Positions 27,132 through 38,119 are shown, numbered from the stretch's first letter. The stretch: DNA of 55,646 nucleotides from Oligoflexales bacterium (GCA_044375465.1 JBILMN010000004.1:1-55646); one strand, 5' to 3'. Program-made: numbers and translations. The notes: a model not told the origin generated them from the sequence alone.

Positions 27132-27953
27132 TTAAGGGATAGGGCGGTCCTCCTGACGATCGCTTTGTTCGTAAAGAGGGCGAACCTTGTCTTGCATGGC
27201 GGCAAGAGCCTTGGAACGATGCGAGGGATCTGGGTGAGTCGACATAAACTCAGGCGGAGATTTGCCAGACGCACTCATACGGTCCCACAACCCAGGTGCC
27301 ACCGAGGGATCATAACCAGCGCGGGCGGCATACTTCAACCCAACGGCATCAGCTTCACTCTCATGACCACGACTATAGGGCAAAATCACACCAAAATTCG
27401 CACCCAAAGCCAACGCCCCCATCCACAAACTTCGGTGCTTGTTATCTCGCAGCGAAATCTCAGCTGCTGAGGCTAACCCAGCCACCGCAAGTTGCTGGCT
27501 CATACGCTCTGCTCCATGGCGCATCGTTGCATGTGCAACCTCATGGCCCATGACGACCGCCAAAGCGGCCTCTGTCTTGGCCACAGGAAGAATCCCCGTA
27601 TACACGGCAATCTTTCCGCCTGGCAGGCAAAAGGCATTCACCGTCTTTGGTTCATCAATGACGTTAAATTCCCACTTAAAATCAGCACCACTCACAGCGG
27701 CGATACGCCGGCCAATGCGCTCTACCATTTCGTAGCGTTGCGTTCCTTTGGCAAGCAAGTGGCCTTCTGACTTCGCTTTGGCGATGACTTCACCATAAGC
27801 TGACTCACCCATGGATGCCATTTGACTATCACCAATCAGATTAAACGATTTTCGACCCTCGCTATTGGTGACACAGGCCCAGACACTACTGATGGTCATC
27901 GTGACCGTCACTAACACTAAAAATTGCTTCATCTGACTCATCGATATGATCAC
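27132..27953 (-). CDS. M48 family metallopeptidase lipoprotein
   Basis: VNAFCLPGGKI, GHEVAH, HESEAD, FMSTHP; GTGA overlap with sucA stop. Confidence 0.93.
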   Translation of the reverse strand: MIISMSQMKQFLVLVTVTMTISSVWACVTNSEGRKSFNLIGDSQMASMGESAYGEVIAKAKSEGHLLAKGTQRYEMVERIGRRIAAVSGADFKWEFNVIDEPKTVNAFCLPGGKIAVYTGILPVAKTEAALAVVMGHEVAHATMRHGAERMSQQLAVAGLASAAEISLRDNKHRSLWMGALALGANFGVILPYSRGHESEADAVGLKYAARAGYDPSVAPGLWDRMSASGKSPPEFMSTHPDPSHRSKALAAMQDKVRPLYEQSDRQEDRPIP

Positions 27954-30769
27954 TTCTTTGCACTGGTTTTCGCGGGCGTCACACTCACCGTCACAGAACT
28001 GGCTGAGGGATTGACAGCTTCATTGATAATCCGGGCCTGCTCTGTGGTATGAGCTTTTGTGGCGCCTTCGGCAGTTGTTCCACTATCACGACGACCAATA
28101 TATTTGAGTGGCACTGCTTCTGGCAGAAGATCCTCAAGATAGGAACGAACAAATGTCCATGCACCCATATTTTTCGGTTCTTCCTGCGCCCAAATAGCCT
28201 CTTTGGCATTTTTGTAGCGACTGACCACAGCAGCAATCTTCTTGGCGGGAAAGGGATAAAGCTGCTCAATTCGTACTAGCGCGACATCACCCTCAGGAGC
28301 CGTTGATGTGGCTTCAAGCATCTCATAGAAAAGCTTCCCGGTGCAGAAAACAATGCGCTTTACGGATTTAGGGTCTTTAATGCGCACATCATCCATGACC
28401 TCCTCAAACTGTCCCTTCTCGAAATCCTCAAGAGGGCTCACCACCTTCGCATGGCGTAGCAATGATTTTGGCGACATGATCACCAAAGGTTTACGGAAAT
28501 CGCGGCAAATCTGCCGGCGCAAAATATGGAAGTACTGCGCCGCGGTTGTCGGAATGGCCACCTGAATATTGGCGTTACCACAAAGCTGCAAGAATCGTTC
28601 GGGGCGACCCGACGAATGTTCTGGTCCCATGCCTTCATAGCCATGGGGCAGCAGCAAAACAAGACCCGATGTCTGACCCCACTTTGCCTCACTGGCGACC
28701 AAAAACTGATCAATCACAATCTGTGCACCATTCACAAAATCACCAAATTGCCCCTCCCACAGCACCAGCGAACTAGGATCAGCAATGGTATATCCAAATT
28801 CAAAACCCATCACGCCCAACTCAGACAGTGGGCTATTCAAAATCTCGACGGGAGCTTGAGCTGGATCAATCTGATTCATGCTGTAATGGGGTTTTCCGGT
28901 TTCAAAATCGCGCAAGACTGCTTGCCGACTTGAGAACGTCCCACGTTGACAATCCTGTCCTGAGAGTCTCACGTGGTGCCCTTCTTTTGCCAAGGAAGCA
29001 AAGGCCAGCAGTTCCGCCATGGGCCAGTCGACACCTGGTCCGTCCTTGTCTACCATCTTCGAACGTTGCTCAAGGAGTTTTGCCAACTTGGGATGAACCT
29101 GGAATCCCGAAGGGACTGCGACCATCTTCTTGCCAATGTCGCCCAGGATCTTGGCCGAGACCGCTGTCTTAACGGATTTTTCCATCGCTAACTCATCACC
29201 ACGAACCGGATGAAAAATATCATCGTAGGCTTTCGGGTAATGATCTTTGAATTTCTCACCTTTGGTATCACCAGATTTCAAAAGATCATAAGCATCCTGC
29301 AGTCGTGAGCGGAAATCCGTCTGACGTTTTTTTAATTCATCGACAGTCAGAACCCCTTCTGCCACAAGCCTCTCACCATACTGAGTCAGAACCGATGGAT
29401 GTTTTGCAATCACCTTGTACATGGCGGGCTGGGTGAAACCCGGTTCGTCGGTCTCATTGTGCCCATGACGGCGATAACCGATCAAATCGATCACAAAATC
29501 TTTTTGGAATTTCTGCCGGTATTCCGCCGCCAGTTGAGCGGTCCAGATCACAGCCTCCGGATCATCTGCGTTCACATGAAGTACCGGAGCCTTGAGAATC
29601 TTGGCAATACCCGATGCATACGTGCAGGATCTGCTGTCTTCTGGATCGGTGGTGAAGCCCACCTGGTTATTGATAATCACATGAATCGTGCCACCCGTCG
29701 TATACCCCGAAAGCTCGGCTAAATTAAGCGTCTCCGCGACAAGGCCCTGCCCCATAAAGGCGGCATCACCATGGATCAAAAGTGGTAATACTTTTTTGCG
29801 ATCCTTGTCACCAGTGAGGCGCTGACGGGCACGCGCAAAACCCTCAACCACGGGGTTGACAATTTCAAGATGACTAGGATTTGGCGAAAGGTAGAGCTTT
29901 ACTTTTTTCCCAGAAAATTCTCTCTCTCCCGCAAATCCAAGGTGATACTTTACGTCGCCGTCAATTTGGTAGGGATTGAACTCACTACCTTCAAATTTCT
30001 TCAGCATCGTTTCGTATGTTTTACCGATAAAATTACATAAGGTTCCAAGTCGCCCACGATGCGCCATCCCTAGAATGACCTCATCAATCCCGTGCGCTGA
30101 TCCAACGGCTGTGAGTGTTTCGAGCAGCGGCATAAAACTCTCCGCCCCTTCGAGCGAAAATCGTTTTTGACCGAGGAATCGGGCCTGAAGAAATCCCTCA
30201 AAACCTTCCGCCTTGACCAACGCGTCGAGAATCTGAAGCTTTTGCTCTTTGGTAATATTGGGGCGGTTGCGGCAAGACTCCATCTTCCTTTGAATCCACT
30301 TCACGAACTCAATATTGTCATTATCACGGAACTCGGCTCCGATCTTGCCGCAATATGTCTCCTGCATCATTTGAGTGATCTCATCAAATGTCATTGGGGC
30401 GTTACTGGGTAAATTAGCCGACACGAATTTCCGGGATTTGTTGACGTCGTTGAGACCGTGGTTGGCAGGCGCCATATCGGCTCTCAGTGCTGGTTTTGGT
30501 GCGAGTGGGTTCAGGTGGGCGCTCAGGTGCCCTAAAACACGATAGGCGTTGATATAGGCTTCAACCTTCGCCGCCTCCTGATCACCGCCACCGGCACTAT
30601 CCGAGCTATCGGAAACTCCCGCGCCTTTAGTCATCGCGAATTCATAACCCTCAAAAAATTTCCGCCAGCTATCTTCTACGGTCATTGGATCAATGCGAAA
30701 TTTTTCGTATTGTTCCTCCAGATAGCTCACGTTGGTCGCCGTTGCGTAGGAGAATTTGTTGGAGCTCAT
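27950..30769 (-). CDS. sucA: 2-oxoglutarate dehydrogenase E1
   Basis: KRFSLEG, GMAHRGRL, GDVKYHLG, HGDAAFMGQG, RRHGHNE, GPEHSS. Confidence 0.98.
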   Translation of the reverse strand: MSSNKFSYATATNVSYLEEQYEKFRIDPMTVEDSWRKFFEGYEFAMTKGAGVSDSSDSAGGGDQEAAKVEAYINAYRVLGHLSAHLNPLAPKPALRADMAPANHGLNDVNKSRKFVSANLPSNAPMTFDEITQMMQETYCGKIGAEFRDNDNIEFVKWIQRKMESCRNRPNITKEQKLQILDALVKAEGFEGFLQARFLGQKRFSLEGAESFMPLLETLTAVGSAHGIDEVILGMAHRGRLGTLCNFIGKTYETMLKKFEGSEFNPYQIDGDVKYHLGFAGEREFSGKKVKLYLSPNPSHLEIVNPVVEGFARARQRLTGDKDRKKVLPLLIHGDAAFMGQGLVAETLNLAELSGYTTGGTIHVIINNQVGFTTDPEDSRSCTYASGIAKILKAPVLHVNADDPEAVIWTAQLAAEYRQKFQKDFVIDLIGYRRHGHNETDEPGFTQPAMYKVIAKHPSVLTQYGERLVAEGVLTVDELKKRQTDFRSRLQDAYDLLKSGDTKGEKFKDHYPKAYDDIFHPVRGDELAMEKSVKTAVSAKILGDIGKKMVAVPSGFQVHPKLAKLLEQRSKMVDKDGPGVDWPMAELLAFASLAKEGHHVRLSGQDCQRGTFSSRQAVLRDFETGKPHYSMNQIDPAQAPVEILNSPLSELGVMGFEFGYTIADPSSLVLWEGQFGDFVNGAQIVIDQFLVASEAKWGQTSGLVLLLPHGYEGMGPEHSSGRPERFLQLCGNANIQVAIPTTAAQYFHILRRQICRDFRKPLVIMSPKSLLRHAKVVSPLEDFEKGQFEEVMDDVRIKDPKSVKRIVFCTGKLFYEMLEATSTAPEGDVALVRIEQLYPFPAKKIAAVVSRYKNAKEAIWAQEEPKNMGAWTFVRSYLEDLLPEAVPLKYIGRRDSGTTAEGATKAHTTEQARIINEAVNPSASSVTVSVTPAKTSAKK

Positions 30770-30795
30770 GGGCTATGATCCTTGAAAAAGAAATT

Positions 30796-32196
30796 TTAAA
30801 AATTCAGTGACCGTTTGTCGACGGCTAGAGCCGCTTCTTTCATAACTTCAGCAAGAGTCGGATGGGCGTGGCTTGATCGGCCGATGTCCTCGGCGCTCGC
30901 CGAAAATTCCACACCAATCACAAGTTCTGCAATAAGCTCTGACGCATTCGGACCAATGATGTGACCACCAATGATACGGTCTGTTTTCGCATCCGCGATG
31001 ATTTTAACAAAACCATCAGTATCGCCAAAAGCACGGGCACGACCATTGGCCAAAAATGGCACTTTACCAGTCTTGTAATTCAAACCTTTGGCTTTCGCCT
31101 CTTCCTCGGTCATCCCGACAGAAGCGATCTCAGGCCATGTGTATACCACATTAGGGATCGCTTCATAATTGACGTGGCCTGGTTTACCCGCGATCAACTC
31201 CGCCACCGCAACGCCTTCCTCGTCAGCCTTGTGTGCCAGCATTGGCCCATCAATCACGTCACCCACCGCATAGACGTTTGGCACCGACGTCTGATAATGG
31301 CCATTCACATCGATCTTTCCATCTTTACGCGGGGCCAGCCCAATGTTTTCAAGTCCCAAGCCTTCGGTGAATGCACGACGCCCCACGGCGACCAGAACCT
31401 TGTCACACTCGATGGATACCGTTTGACCATCTTTATCAGCCGTAACTTTAACTTTTTTGCCAGATACTTCAGCTTTAGTCAGTTTTGTACCGAGATGAAA
31501 CTCCATTCCCTGTTTTTCGAGAATCTTCTTCATTTCCGCGGAAACCGCATGATCCATTGGCGGCAAGACCCGATCCAGTGCCTCAATCACTGTGACCTTG
31601 GAGCCAAGCCTGAGCCACACACTTCCCATTTCAAGACCGATAACACCCGCACCAATCACAACCAGATGTTCGGGCACTTTATCGAAGGCCAGAGCCTCCG
31701 TTGAGCTAACAATATTCTTTCCGTCAAATGGCGCGATGGCTCGAAGCTCAATAGGAGTTGACCCCGTGCTGATCACGAACGACTTGGCAGTATGTTCCTC
31801 CACACCGCCATCAAGCGTTGCCACCTTTAAGGTTGAAGCATTTAAAAATGTGCCTTTACCTTTGATGTAAGTCACTTTATTTTTCTTCAGTAATCCCTCA
31901 ATGCCTTTGGTCAGACCACTGACGATGCCTTCTTTGCGCTTCATCATCTGCGCCACATCAAATTCGACTTTTTGGTACTTAATGCCATGCTCAGCTGACT
32001 TGTGTTTGGCATGGTGAAAGTATTCGCTGCTCTGGAGCAATGCTTTTGAGGGAATACAGCCAACATTCAAACAAGTGCCACCCAGAGTTCCGCGGAATTC
32101 AACGCATGCCACGTTTAATCCAAGTTGGCCGGCGCGAATCGCCCCCGTGTATCCCGCTGGCCCACCACCGATAAAAATCACATCGAATTGTGCCAT
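30796..32196 (-). CDS. lpdA: Dihydrolipoamide dehydrogenase E3
   Basis: GGGPAGY, GGTCLNVGCIPSK, HAHPTLAE. Confidence 0.98.
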   Translation of the reverse strand: MAQFDVIFIGGGPAGYTGAIRAGQLGLNVACVEFRGTLGGTCLNVGCIPSKALLQSSEYFHHAKHKSAEHGIKYQKVEFDVAQMMKRKEGIVSGLTKGIEGLLKKNKVTYIKGKGTFLNASTLKVATLDGGVEEHTAKSFVISTGSTPIELRAIAPFDGKNIVSSTEALAFDKVPEHLVVIGAGVIGLEMGSVWLRLGSKVTVIEALDRVLPPMDHAVSAEMKKILEKQGMEFHLGTKLTKAEVSGKKVKVTADKDGQTVSIECDKVLVAVGRRAFTEGLGLENIGLAPRKDGKIDVNGHYQTSVPNVYAVGDVIDGPMLAHKADEEGVAVAELIAGKPGHVNYEAIPNVVYTWPEIASVGMTEEEAKAKGLNYKTGKVPFLANGRARAFGDTDGFVKIIADAKTDRIIGGHIIGPNASELIAELVIGVEFSASAEDIGRSSHAHPTLAEVMKEAALAVDKRSLNF

Positions 32197-32199
32197 GAA

Positions 32200-33468
32200 T
32201 CAAACCCCCACAAGAATGCGTGCTGGATCCTCAACACATTCCTTGATTTTCACCAGGAACCCGACGGACTCTCGACCATCAATGATGCGGTGATCATAAG
32301 ACAGCGCAACATACATCATTGGGCGGATCACAATCTCTCCATTAACGACAACCGGACGTTCCTGAATCTTGTGCATGCCGAGAATTGCGCTCTGCGGCGG
32401 ATTCAAAATCGGTGTCGACATCAACGATCCGAAAACTCCACCATTGGAAACGGTAAAGGTACCACCCGTCATTTCGTCTACGGTTAGCTTACCGTCCCTC
32501 GCGCGTTTGCCGTAATCGGCAACCGCCATTTCAAGCTCCGCTGCAGACATCTTATCAGCGTCCTTGATGACGGGGACTACCAGGCCGCGATTTGAAGATA
32601 CGGCAACACCGATATCATAGTAATCGTGATAAACAATATCTTCGCCCTCAATCCAGCCATTGACCGCGGGGAAGGTCTTGAGCGCCTCTACGGCGGCCTT
32701 GATAAAGAAACTCATAAACCCGAGACCAACGCCGTACTTGTCTTTGAACTTATCTTTGTATTCATTTCGAATTTTTATGACTTGACTCATGTCAATCTCA
32801 TTGAAGGTCGTGAGAATCGCCGCTGTTTCCTGGGCATGAACGAGTCGTTCAGCAATGCGGCGGCGAAGAAGCGACATCGGTTCTCGACGTTCCGTGCGGA
32901 GACCTGAGGACACATGAGGCTTTACCGGTCCAGAAGCAGATGAAGCTGGTGCCGCGGATTTGCCACCAGACTCCATGTGAGCAATCACATCGCCTTTCGT
33001 AACGCGTCCGTCTTTACCTGATCCGGCAACGCTGGCTGGATTAATGTGATGCTCCTCGGTCATTCGTCGCACCGCAGGACTGAGTGGTTGGGCCGTGGCC
33101 GCATGCGCCGGAATCGAAGCTACAGAGGCTGTAGCAGCTGCAGACGAAGGCACTGGAGGAACCGATGGGGCTGAGCCTGCCGAAGCAGTAGGAGCAGCGG
33201 CCGATTTCGAAGCGCTGCTCGCTGGCGCCGCGACCGTGTTGTCAATGCGTGCCATGATCTCGCCAATGGCCACGGTTTCGCCCTGCTTTTTAAGAATTTC
33301 GATGGCTCCAGCCGACTCCGCAACCACTTCAACCGTTGCCTTGTCCGTCTCCAGTTCAACAAGGACATCATCGCGATTGACAAAATCACCGGACTTAAAG
33401 CGCCATTTGTGAATGACACCTTCTTGGACGGACTCCCCAACATTTGGCATTTTTACATCAACAGCCAT
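32200..33468 (-). CDS. sucB: Dihydrolipoyl succinyltransferase E2
   Basis: Lipoyl [31 protein letters not shown]. Confidence 0.98.
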   Translation of the reverse strand: MAVDVKMPNVGESVQEGVIHKWRFKSGDFVNRDDVLVELETDKATVEVVAESAGAIEILKKQGETVAIGEIMARIDNTVAAPASSASKSAAAPTASAGSAPSVPPVPSSAAATASVASIPAHAATAQPLSPAVRRMTEEHHINPASVAGSGKDGRVTKGDVIAHMESGGKSAAPASSASGPVKPHVSSGLRTERREPMSLLRRRIAERLVHAQETAAILTTFNEIDMSQVIKIRNEYKDKFKDKYGVGLGFMSFFIKAAVEALKTFPAVNGWIEGEDIVYHDYYDIGVAVSSNRGLVVPVIKDADKMSAAELEMAVADYGKRARDGKLTVDEMTGGTFTVSNGGVFGSLMSTPILNPPQSAILGMHKIQERPVVVNGEIVIRPMMYVALSYDHRIIDGRESVGFLVKIKECVEDPARILVGV

Positions 33469-33643
33469 CGATCAAATCTCCCCATAAGAGATGCAGTTTT
33501 TGCACGCAACCGATTCAGACGGAGCCCATAATCCCCTAACAACCAGAGGGATTCAAGCAAAGCTTCAAACACAAACCTACTCATCGGTAGGCTGCTTCTG
33601 TAGTTTATCACGCTAAAATTTTAGTCACACATGGAGTGATGAT

Positions 33644-33676
33644 AAAAAAGGCCGATTCCTTCCATGGAATCGGCCC
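33644..33676 (-). terminator. Intrinsic terminator after serine protease
   Basis: GGCCGATTCC/GGAATCGGCC stem with T run on minus strand. Confidence 0.8.
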
Positions 33677-33711
33677 TTTCCATCAAAAGTGGCGGCTTTG
33701 GGCCGCACACT

Positions 33712-34605
33712 TTAATTGGCTGGAATGTACTGAATGAACGTGGACGCCTTCGATACATCTTCGCCCCGGCAGGCGCCCTCAGCACAATGATTAGACACAG
33801 CACAGCCCCCTTGGTAGACAAAATCTGTCTCACCACGCACTAAAATACCCTCCACCTCACCAGTGGCAGTATTGAACACAGCCGATCCGCTATTGCCACC
33901 GTAGGTGTCCAAATTAGCGACAAAATAGGGTGCGTCAGCCGCATTAACACGAACTTTAGCACCTGACGTTATTTTGGTCGGAAGACCGGATGGATGCCCA
34001 ATCACAGTCACGCCCTCTCCAGGTCTCACGACCCCGGAGCGACGCAGCTTCACCGGCTCACGCCCCACCACGGGGCGATCCAGTTTAACAACAGCATAAT
34101 CCCGACCGGTTCCACCCTCTAATTTTTGCGCAACGATCGACTGACAATGATAAACGTCATCCTCCTCAATCGCATTCAAATCACGACCCTGATGGTCGTA
34201 ACCAAAATTGAAGACAAAAGACGTTCCACTGCAGAGATCTGCCGAACGAATACAATGTCCTGCTGTCACAAACAGATCAGCACCAACCAAAAATCCAGAG
34301 CAAAATCCCGGAGACGGCTGATCAAAAAAAGGCTCTGAAGCGCAGAGATTTTGCATCGAACCAAAGGTATCCATCGGCAAATGGTAGGACTTTGATGGGC
34401 CATCCAGCTCCAAATCAGTGCGTTTCACAACGATAGCAGTGGACTTGGCCAACTCAACAAATCGCGGATCGTTACGACTGTCATAGAGATCCCGGCGATC
34501 ATCCTCACCGTAAATCACCTTCGAGCCTGCATAAGTCAGCTGACTGGATAACATAACAGCCAATAGACCTATCCCACTGATTCCCAATCCTAGGATTCTG
34601 CTCAT
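33712..34605 (-). CDS. Secreted trypsin-like (V8-like) serine protease
   Basis: VIYGEDDR, TAGHC, DYAVVKL, DTYGGNSGS. Confidence 0.93.
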   Translation of the reverse strand: MSRILGLGISGIGLLAVMLSSQLTYAGSKVIYGEDDRRDLYDSRNDPRFVELAKSTAIVVKRTDLELDGPSKSYHLPMDTFGSMQNLCASEPFFDQPSPGFCSGFLVGADLFVTAGHCIRSADLCSGTSFVFNFGYDHQGRDLNAIEEDDVYHCQSIVAQKLEGGTGRDYAVVKLDRPVVGREPVKLRRSGVVRPGEGVTVIGHPSGLPTKITSGAKVRVNAADAPYFVANLDTYGGNSGSAVFNTATGEVEGILVRGETDFVYQGGCAVSNHCAEGACRGEDVSKASTFIQYIPAN

Positions 34606-34729
34606 AAGCCCTCCCTGAGCTTGCCGAAAAATATGCTATTATTGACGACTTAGATACAACGGTAACGATAGTTGGCCGACTGGTCAATTAAAAAATTACG
34701 AGAGTTCATTTTTAAAAAGGAAGAAGGTC

Positions 34730-35680
34730 ATGATCGTTCGATTTGCCAAGCTCAATCCAGTTGTGAAATTAATCGCAGGTGTTACAGGTGTTACAGGCGT
34801 GACAGTTGCCACGGTCGCCACGGTCGCCACAATCGTCACCGCAATCTCAGTTCTACCGGCATGTGCAACCCGCCCAACACTGACTGAAAACTCTTCGACG
34901 ATGATTGATCCCACCTCCGCTGGGACGGTCAAACTCCCCAATGTCCCCGCAAAATTTTCCACCGGCATGGCCGATTACAAATATAAGGAAAAATCATACA
35001 AAGCCGAATGGATGCGATGCAACGGCCATAGTGACGCACCATTTGTTGCTCTAATCCATGATGAAACGGCAGGCTTTGATCCAAAAGATTTCTGCCAGAC
35101 CTGGCAAGCTCAAGTCTTATTGGCCAACACACTAAACGTGATTGCGGTCAACCGACCTGGATTTGGCAGCTCCACGGGGGCTCGTGAATTTGCAGGTCCA
35201 CAGTCTCTTGCCGCGGCGACCGCAGCGATTCAGGCGAGTGGATCACAAGACAGGCTGGCAGGAATTTGGGGCTATGGGACAGGATCCATCACCGCCGCAT
35301 TCCTCGCCAAATCTCAACCACGATTATCGTGGCTGATGCTTGGAAATGGTTTCTACGATCTCGAGGTTGTGGAACGATCGACCAAAAACGAAGGCATTGC
35401 GGCAGCCATTGCAGCGGCAAAATCATCGGAAGGAGATGCAGCTCTCGAACGACGGTCAATCGCCTGGGACAACAATGGTTTGCCAAAATTAGTGATCATC
35501 TACCACGCCAAATCAGACGACGTGGCACCGCGATCGCAGGCCGATGCTTTCAGCGATCAATTACGCACCATGCAGACCAGGGTTTTCTTTGATGATATTG
35601 ACGGCATCGGACATGATATTCCATGGCAAGCCCACTACCAAATCGCTGACCGTGCATTAAAGAAACGAACGATCAAATGA
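34730..35680 (+). CDS. Alpha/beta-hydrolase-fold lipoprotein lacking the nucleophile Ser
   Basis: NRPGFGSSTG, GIWGYGTGS at the nucleophile elbow, HAKSDDVAP, GIGHDI; lipobox LPAC. Confidence 0.75.
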   Translation: MIVRFAKLNPVVKLIAGVTGVTGVTVATVATVATIVTAISVLPACATRPTLTENSSTMIDPTSAGTVKLPNVPAKFSTGMADYKYKEKSYKAEWMRCNGHSDAPFVALIHDETAGFDPKDFCQTWQAQVLLANTLNVIAVNRPGFGSSTGAREFAGPQSLAAATAAIQASGSQDRLAGIWGYGTGSITAAFLAKSQPRLSWLMLGNGFYDLEVVERSTKNEGIAAAIAAAKSSEGDAALERRSIAWDNNGLPKLVIIYHAKSDDVAPRSQADAFSDQLRTMQTRVFFDDIDGIGHDIPWQAHYQIADRALKKRTIK

Positions 35681-35767
35681 ATCGATCATTAAATCGACCA
35701 TTAAATCAATCATTGACACAATAAGTCATTCTAACCAAAAAATTCCCGGCCTGCTCATTGTCGGCAA

Positions 35768-36112
35768 TTATTTTGACGGAAAAGGGCTCTCATAAAATAC
35801 GTAGGTTGAGTATTCACCAACCTCAAAATAAACCTTTTTTTCTTGATCATCGGCGATGAAATTTTGGTTGAGGTCCATAACCCCATATCCAAATCGATAA
35901 GAACGAGCTTCTTTTGAGCCATCTGATGACATCGCGGTCGATAATTTATCAACTTGGATCCAACGATAGATCACTTTTCCCTCACTGACGACATCAACGA
36001 CGCCGTTAGTACCCGTCCAGTTTTGGATGGAGCGGGAGATCTTATTTTGTGCCTCCTGAGTACATGAACTCAGAAAGAACAACGTCACTGTCACTTGCCA
36101 AAAACGCATCAT
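35768..36112 (-). CDS. Small hypothetical lipoprotein
   Basis: Lipobox LSSC; AAGGGG RBS; co-oriented downstream of the Nudix gene. Confidence 0.8.
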   Translation of the reverse strand: MMRFWQVTVTLFFLSSCTQEAQNKISRSIQNWTGTNGVVDVVSEGKVIYRWIQVDKLSTAMSSDGSKEARSYRFGYGVMDLNQNFIADDQEKKVYFEVGEYSTYVFYESPFPSK

Positions 36113-36141
36113 TGACCCCTTTAAATCATATCAAAAACACA

Positions 36142-36708
36142 TCATACTGGCCGCAGTTCAACCTTCGATAAAATCTCTGCCGATAAACCCCAGACTGAGA
36201 GTGTGCCACAGTCATACAAAAAACTATGGCGCCAGCATCCGAATAAATTAAATTTGAACTTTTGTCGCTGATTGACCATCAAAAGCTTCGCAGGAACCAG
36301 AAAAACTTCGGACACCTCAGCCGGATTCGCAATCAGATCATCCACAGCCACGTCTGTCGTTCCAATAATCGGATAGACAAGAGAACCATCAAGAGACGGC
36401 ACCGGGTCCACGCCTCCGATCACGCGAACACGCGCAGGATCAAGCCCCACTTCCTCAAAAGTCTCACGCAGTGCCGTATCCCGCGGGGAAACATCTCCCG
36501 CCTCAAGACGCCCGCCTGGAAAACCGATCTGCCCCTTATGAGAACTTAAACGCGTGCTTCGCCTGATCAATAAAACTTTGGGATTTCCCTGATCAGCATT
36601 AAAAATAATGACCGCGACGGCACTTGGCTTCCTGGCGACGGAAAAATAAACCGGATCCCATGCGACCGGATCCGGTTTAACTTTATCCATGAGGACTTCG
36701 GATGCCAT
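36142..36708 (-). CDS. Nudix hydrolase, CoA pyrophosphatase type
   Basis: LIRRSTRLSSHKGQIGFPGG...ALRETFEEVGL; VWGLSA. Confidence 0.9.
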   Translation of the reverse strand: MASEVLMDKVKPDPVAWDPVYFSVARKPSAVAVIIFNADQGNPKVLLIRRSTRLSSHKGQIGFPGGRLEAGDVSPRDTALRETFEEVGLDPARVRVIGGVDPVPSLDGSLVYPIIGTTDVAVDDLIANPAEVSEVFLVPAKLLMVNQRQKFKFNLFGCWRHSFLYDCGTLSVWGLSAEILSKVELRPV

Positions 36709-36722
36709 GAAACTCGCAAACC

Positions 36723-37247
36723 TTAAGCAAATGAGACGTCAGAAGTTCTCGCCGCAATGCCGTCTGCGCTTGGGCCTTCAATATCCGCTTTTTGACCATG
36801 GACGCGACCAATTTTTGGCTCCTTGCCACCTTTACCGTCTCTGGTTCCAGCTTCACCCGCGGCAACGGCTCTCTTCATGGATGTTCGCCCATTGTAAAGC
36901 GCACCCTCGTGGATGACGAGGTTCGGCGTCGCAACATCAGCCTGAACATCAGCGGTCGAACACATTTCGATTTTACGATGTACATTGATATGACCTTCAA
37001 CCCGACCGTGGACAACGATCTCTTCGGCTTTCACCGATGCGTTGATGACGGCGTCTTCCTCGACGATCAACAGCCCCTCCGCAATCACCTCGCCCTCAAT
37101 CGTTCCACCGATTCTTGTGGCCCCGCGACAATAGAGCTTTCCGGCAAAATGGCAGCCTGCTGTCAAAATGGTAACGCCGCCATCTTTGGAAGAGGCACTC
37201 GAAGCTTTTCGAACAGGTGCACCGGCACCCTTATCTTGTCCAAACAT
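36723..37247 (-). CDS. Bactofilin (polymer-forming cytoskeletal protein)
   Basis: TILTAGCHFAGKL...RIGGTIEGEV...VVHGRVEGHI...LVIHEGALYNG repeats. Confidence 0.92.
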   Translation of the reverse strand: MFGQDKGAGAPVRKASSASSKDGGVTILTAGCHFAGKLYCRGATRIGGTIEGEVIAEGLLIVEEDAVINASVKAEEIVVHGRVEGHINVHRKIEMCSTADVQADVATPNLVIHEGALYNGRTSMKRAVAAGEAGTRDGKGGKEPKIGRVHGQKADIEGPSADGIAARTSDVSFA

Positions 37248-37312
37248 TATTAGCCCCTCCGTCTTCGTGCTATCATCGCTAATGTAAGAGTTCTCAAACT
37301 TTTGGAAAATTC

Positions 37313-38050
37313 ATGCAATCAAAGTTTTTTCAAAAACTCCCTGTTCATATTCTACCATCGAACGACCCTATTTCTTTAATCGGATCGAAATGGCGGTGTC
37401 TGGAGTCTGGCGCATGGGAGGAAGAACACCATGTATTCTTTGGAAAATCGAGCGATTTTTGCCGTTTGACCATATCCCGAGACGCGCGAGTCAAAGCCAG
37501 ATCATTGATCGTTCATGCTGGGGATTGGATCATTGAAAACGACGACAAAGGCATGCTGGCCAGAGCAAAACTTCAAATCATCTGCGGCGATTACAGGCAT
37601 GGGGTGCTATTGCTCGATTTTGATGACTGCGATTTTGAGGATTTTTACATGGTCACGGCGCAACTCCTGACGTCCTGTTTCGTCACACAAAGGCTGGACA
37701 TTCTGAAAGTCTTACCCATGAATCCGCGATCCATTGAATCATGCCAAGGACTCATGAAATGTTTTGAGAGACAACTCATGACATTTAGAGTCGGGGAATA
37801 CCCTGAACCAGTGTTCCAGACCCAGTTTCAACTTGAAAGAGACGCCTGGTTCGAATCTGAGGCCGGCTCCAGCGCGTTAAAACAACTCGGATGGCTCCAA
37901 AAAAGAATACAGCGCAAGCTGAAATCTAGCGAGTTTGCGCAACAGAAGCGCAAGACCCCCTGGATGTTCCAACTTTTGTCCATGGGGCGCAGAAGGCGCA
38001 GGCGCGAGCAAACGATCCACCCCTTGGATTTATTTCGAAGCCGTCTTTGA
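37313..38050 (+). CDS. Hypothetical protein
   Basis: 245-aa ORF filling the gap between divergent bactofilin and a bidirectional terminator; no clear motif. Confidence 0.7.
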   Translation: MQSKFFQKLPVHILPSNDPISLIGSKWRCLESGAWEEEHHVFFGKSSDFCRLTISRDARVKARSLIVHAGDWIIENDDKGMLARAKLQIICGDYRHGVLLLDFDDCDFEDFYMVTAQLLTSCFVTQRLDILKVLPMNPRSIESCQGLMKCFERQLMTFRVGEYPEPVFQTQFQLERDAWFESEAGSSALKQLGWLQKRIQRKLKSSEFAQQKRKTPWMFQLLSMGRRRRRREQTIHPLDLFRSRL

Positions 38051-38081
38051 TGGACGGCTTACCCAAGTCCAACTCTGCTGC

Positions 38082-38119
38082 AAAAAAAACCGCAGGGTAT
38101 AAACCCCGCGGTTTTTTTT
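38082..38119. terminator. Bidirectional intrinsic terminator
   Basis: A8-CCGCAGGG...CCCCGCGG-T8 between convergent genes. Confidence 0.8.

Noticed and set aside
30961-31704. 247-aa antisense ORF in lpdA and similar shadow ORFs across the window
   Set aside because: Antisense shadows of conserved genes produced by codon bias.
37313-38050. Degenerate GNAT assignment for the hypothetical protein
   Set aside because: Only a vague VLPMNPRSI resemblance; insufficient without a profile search.
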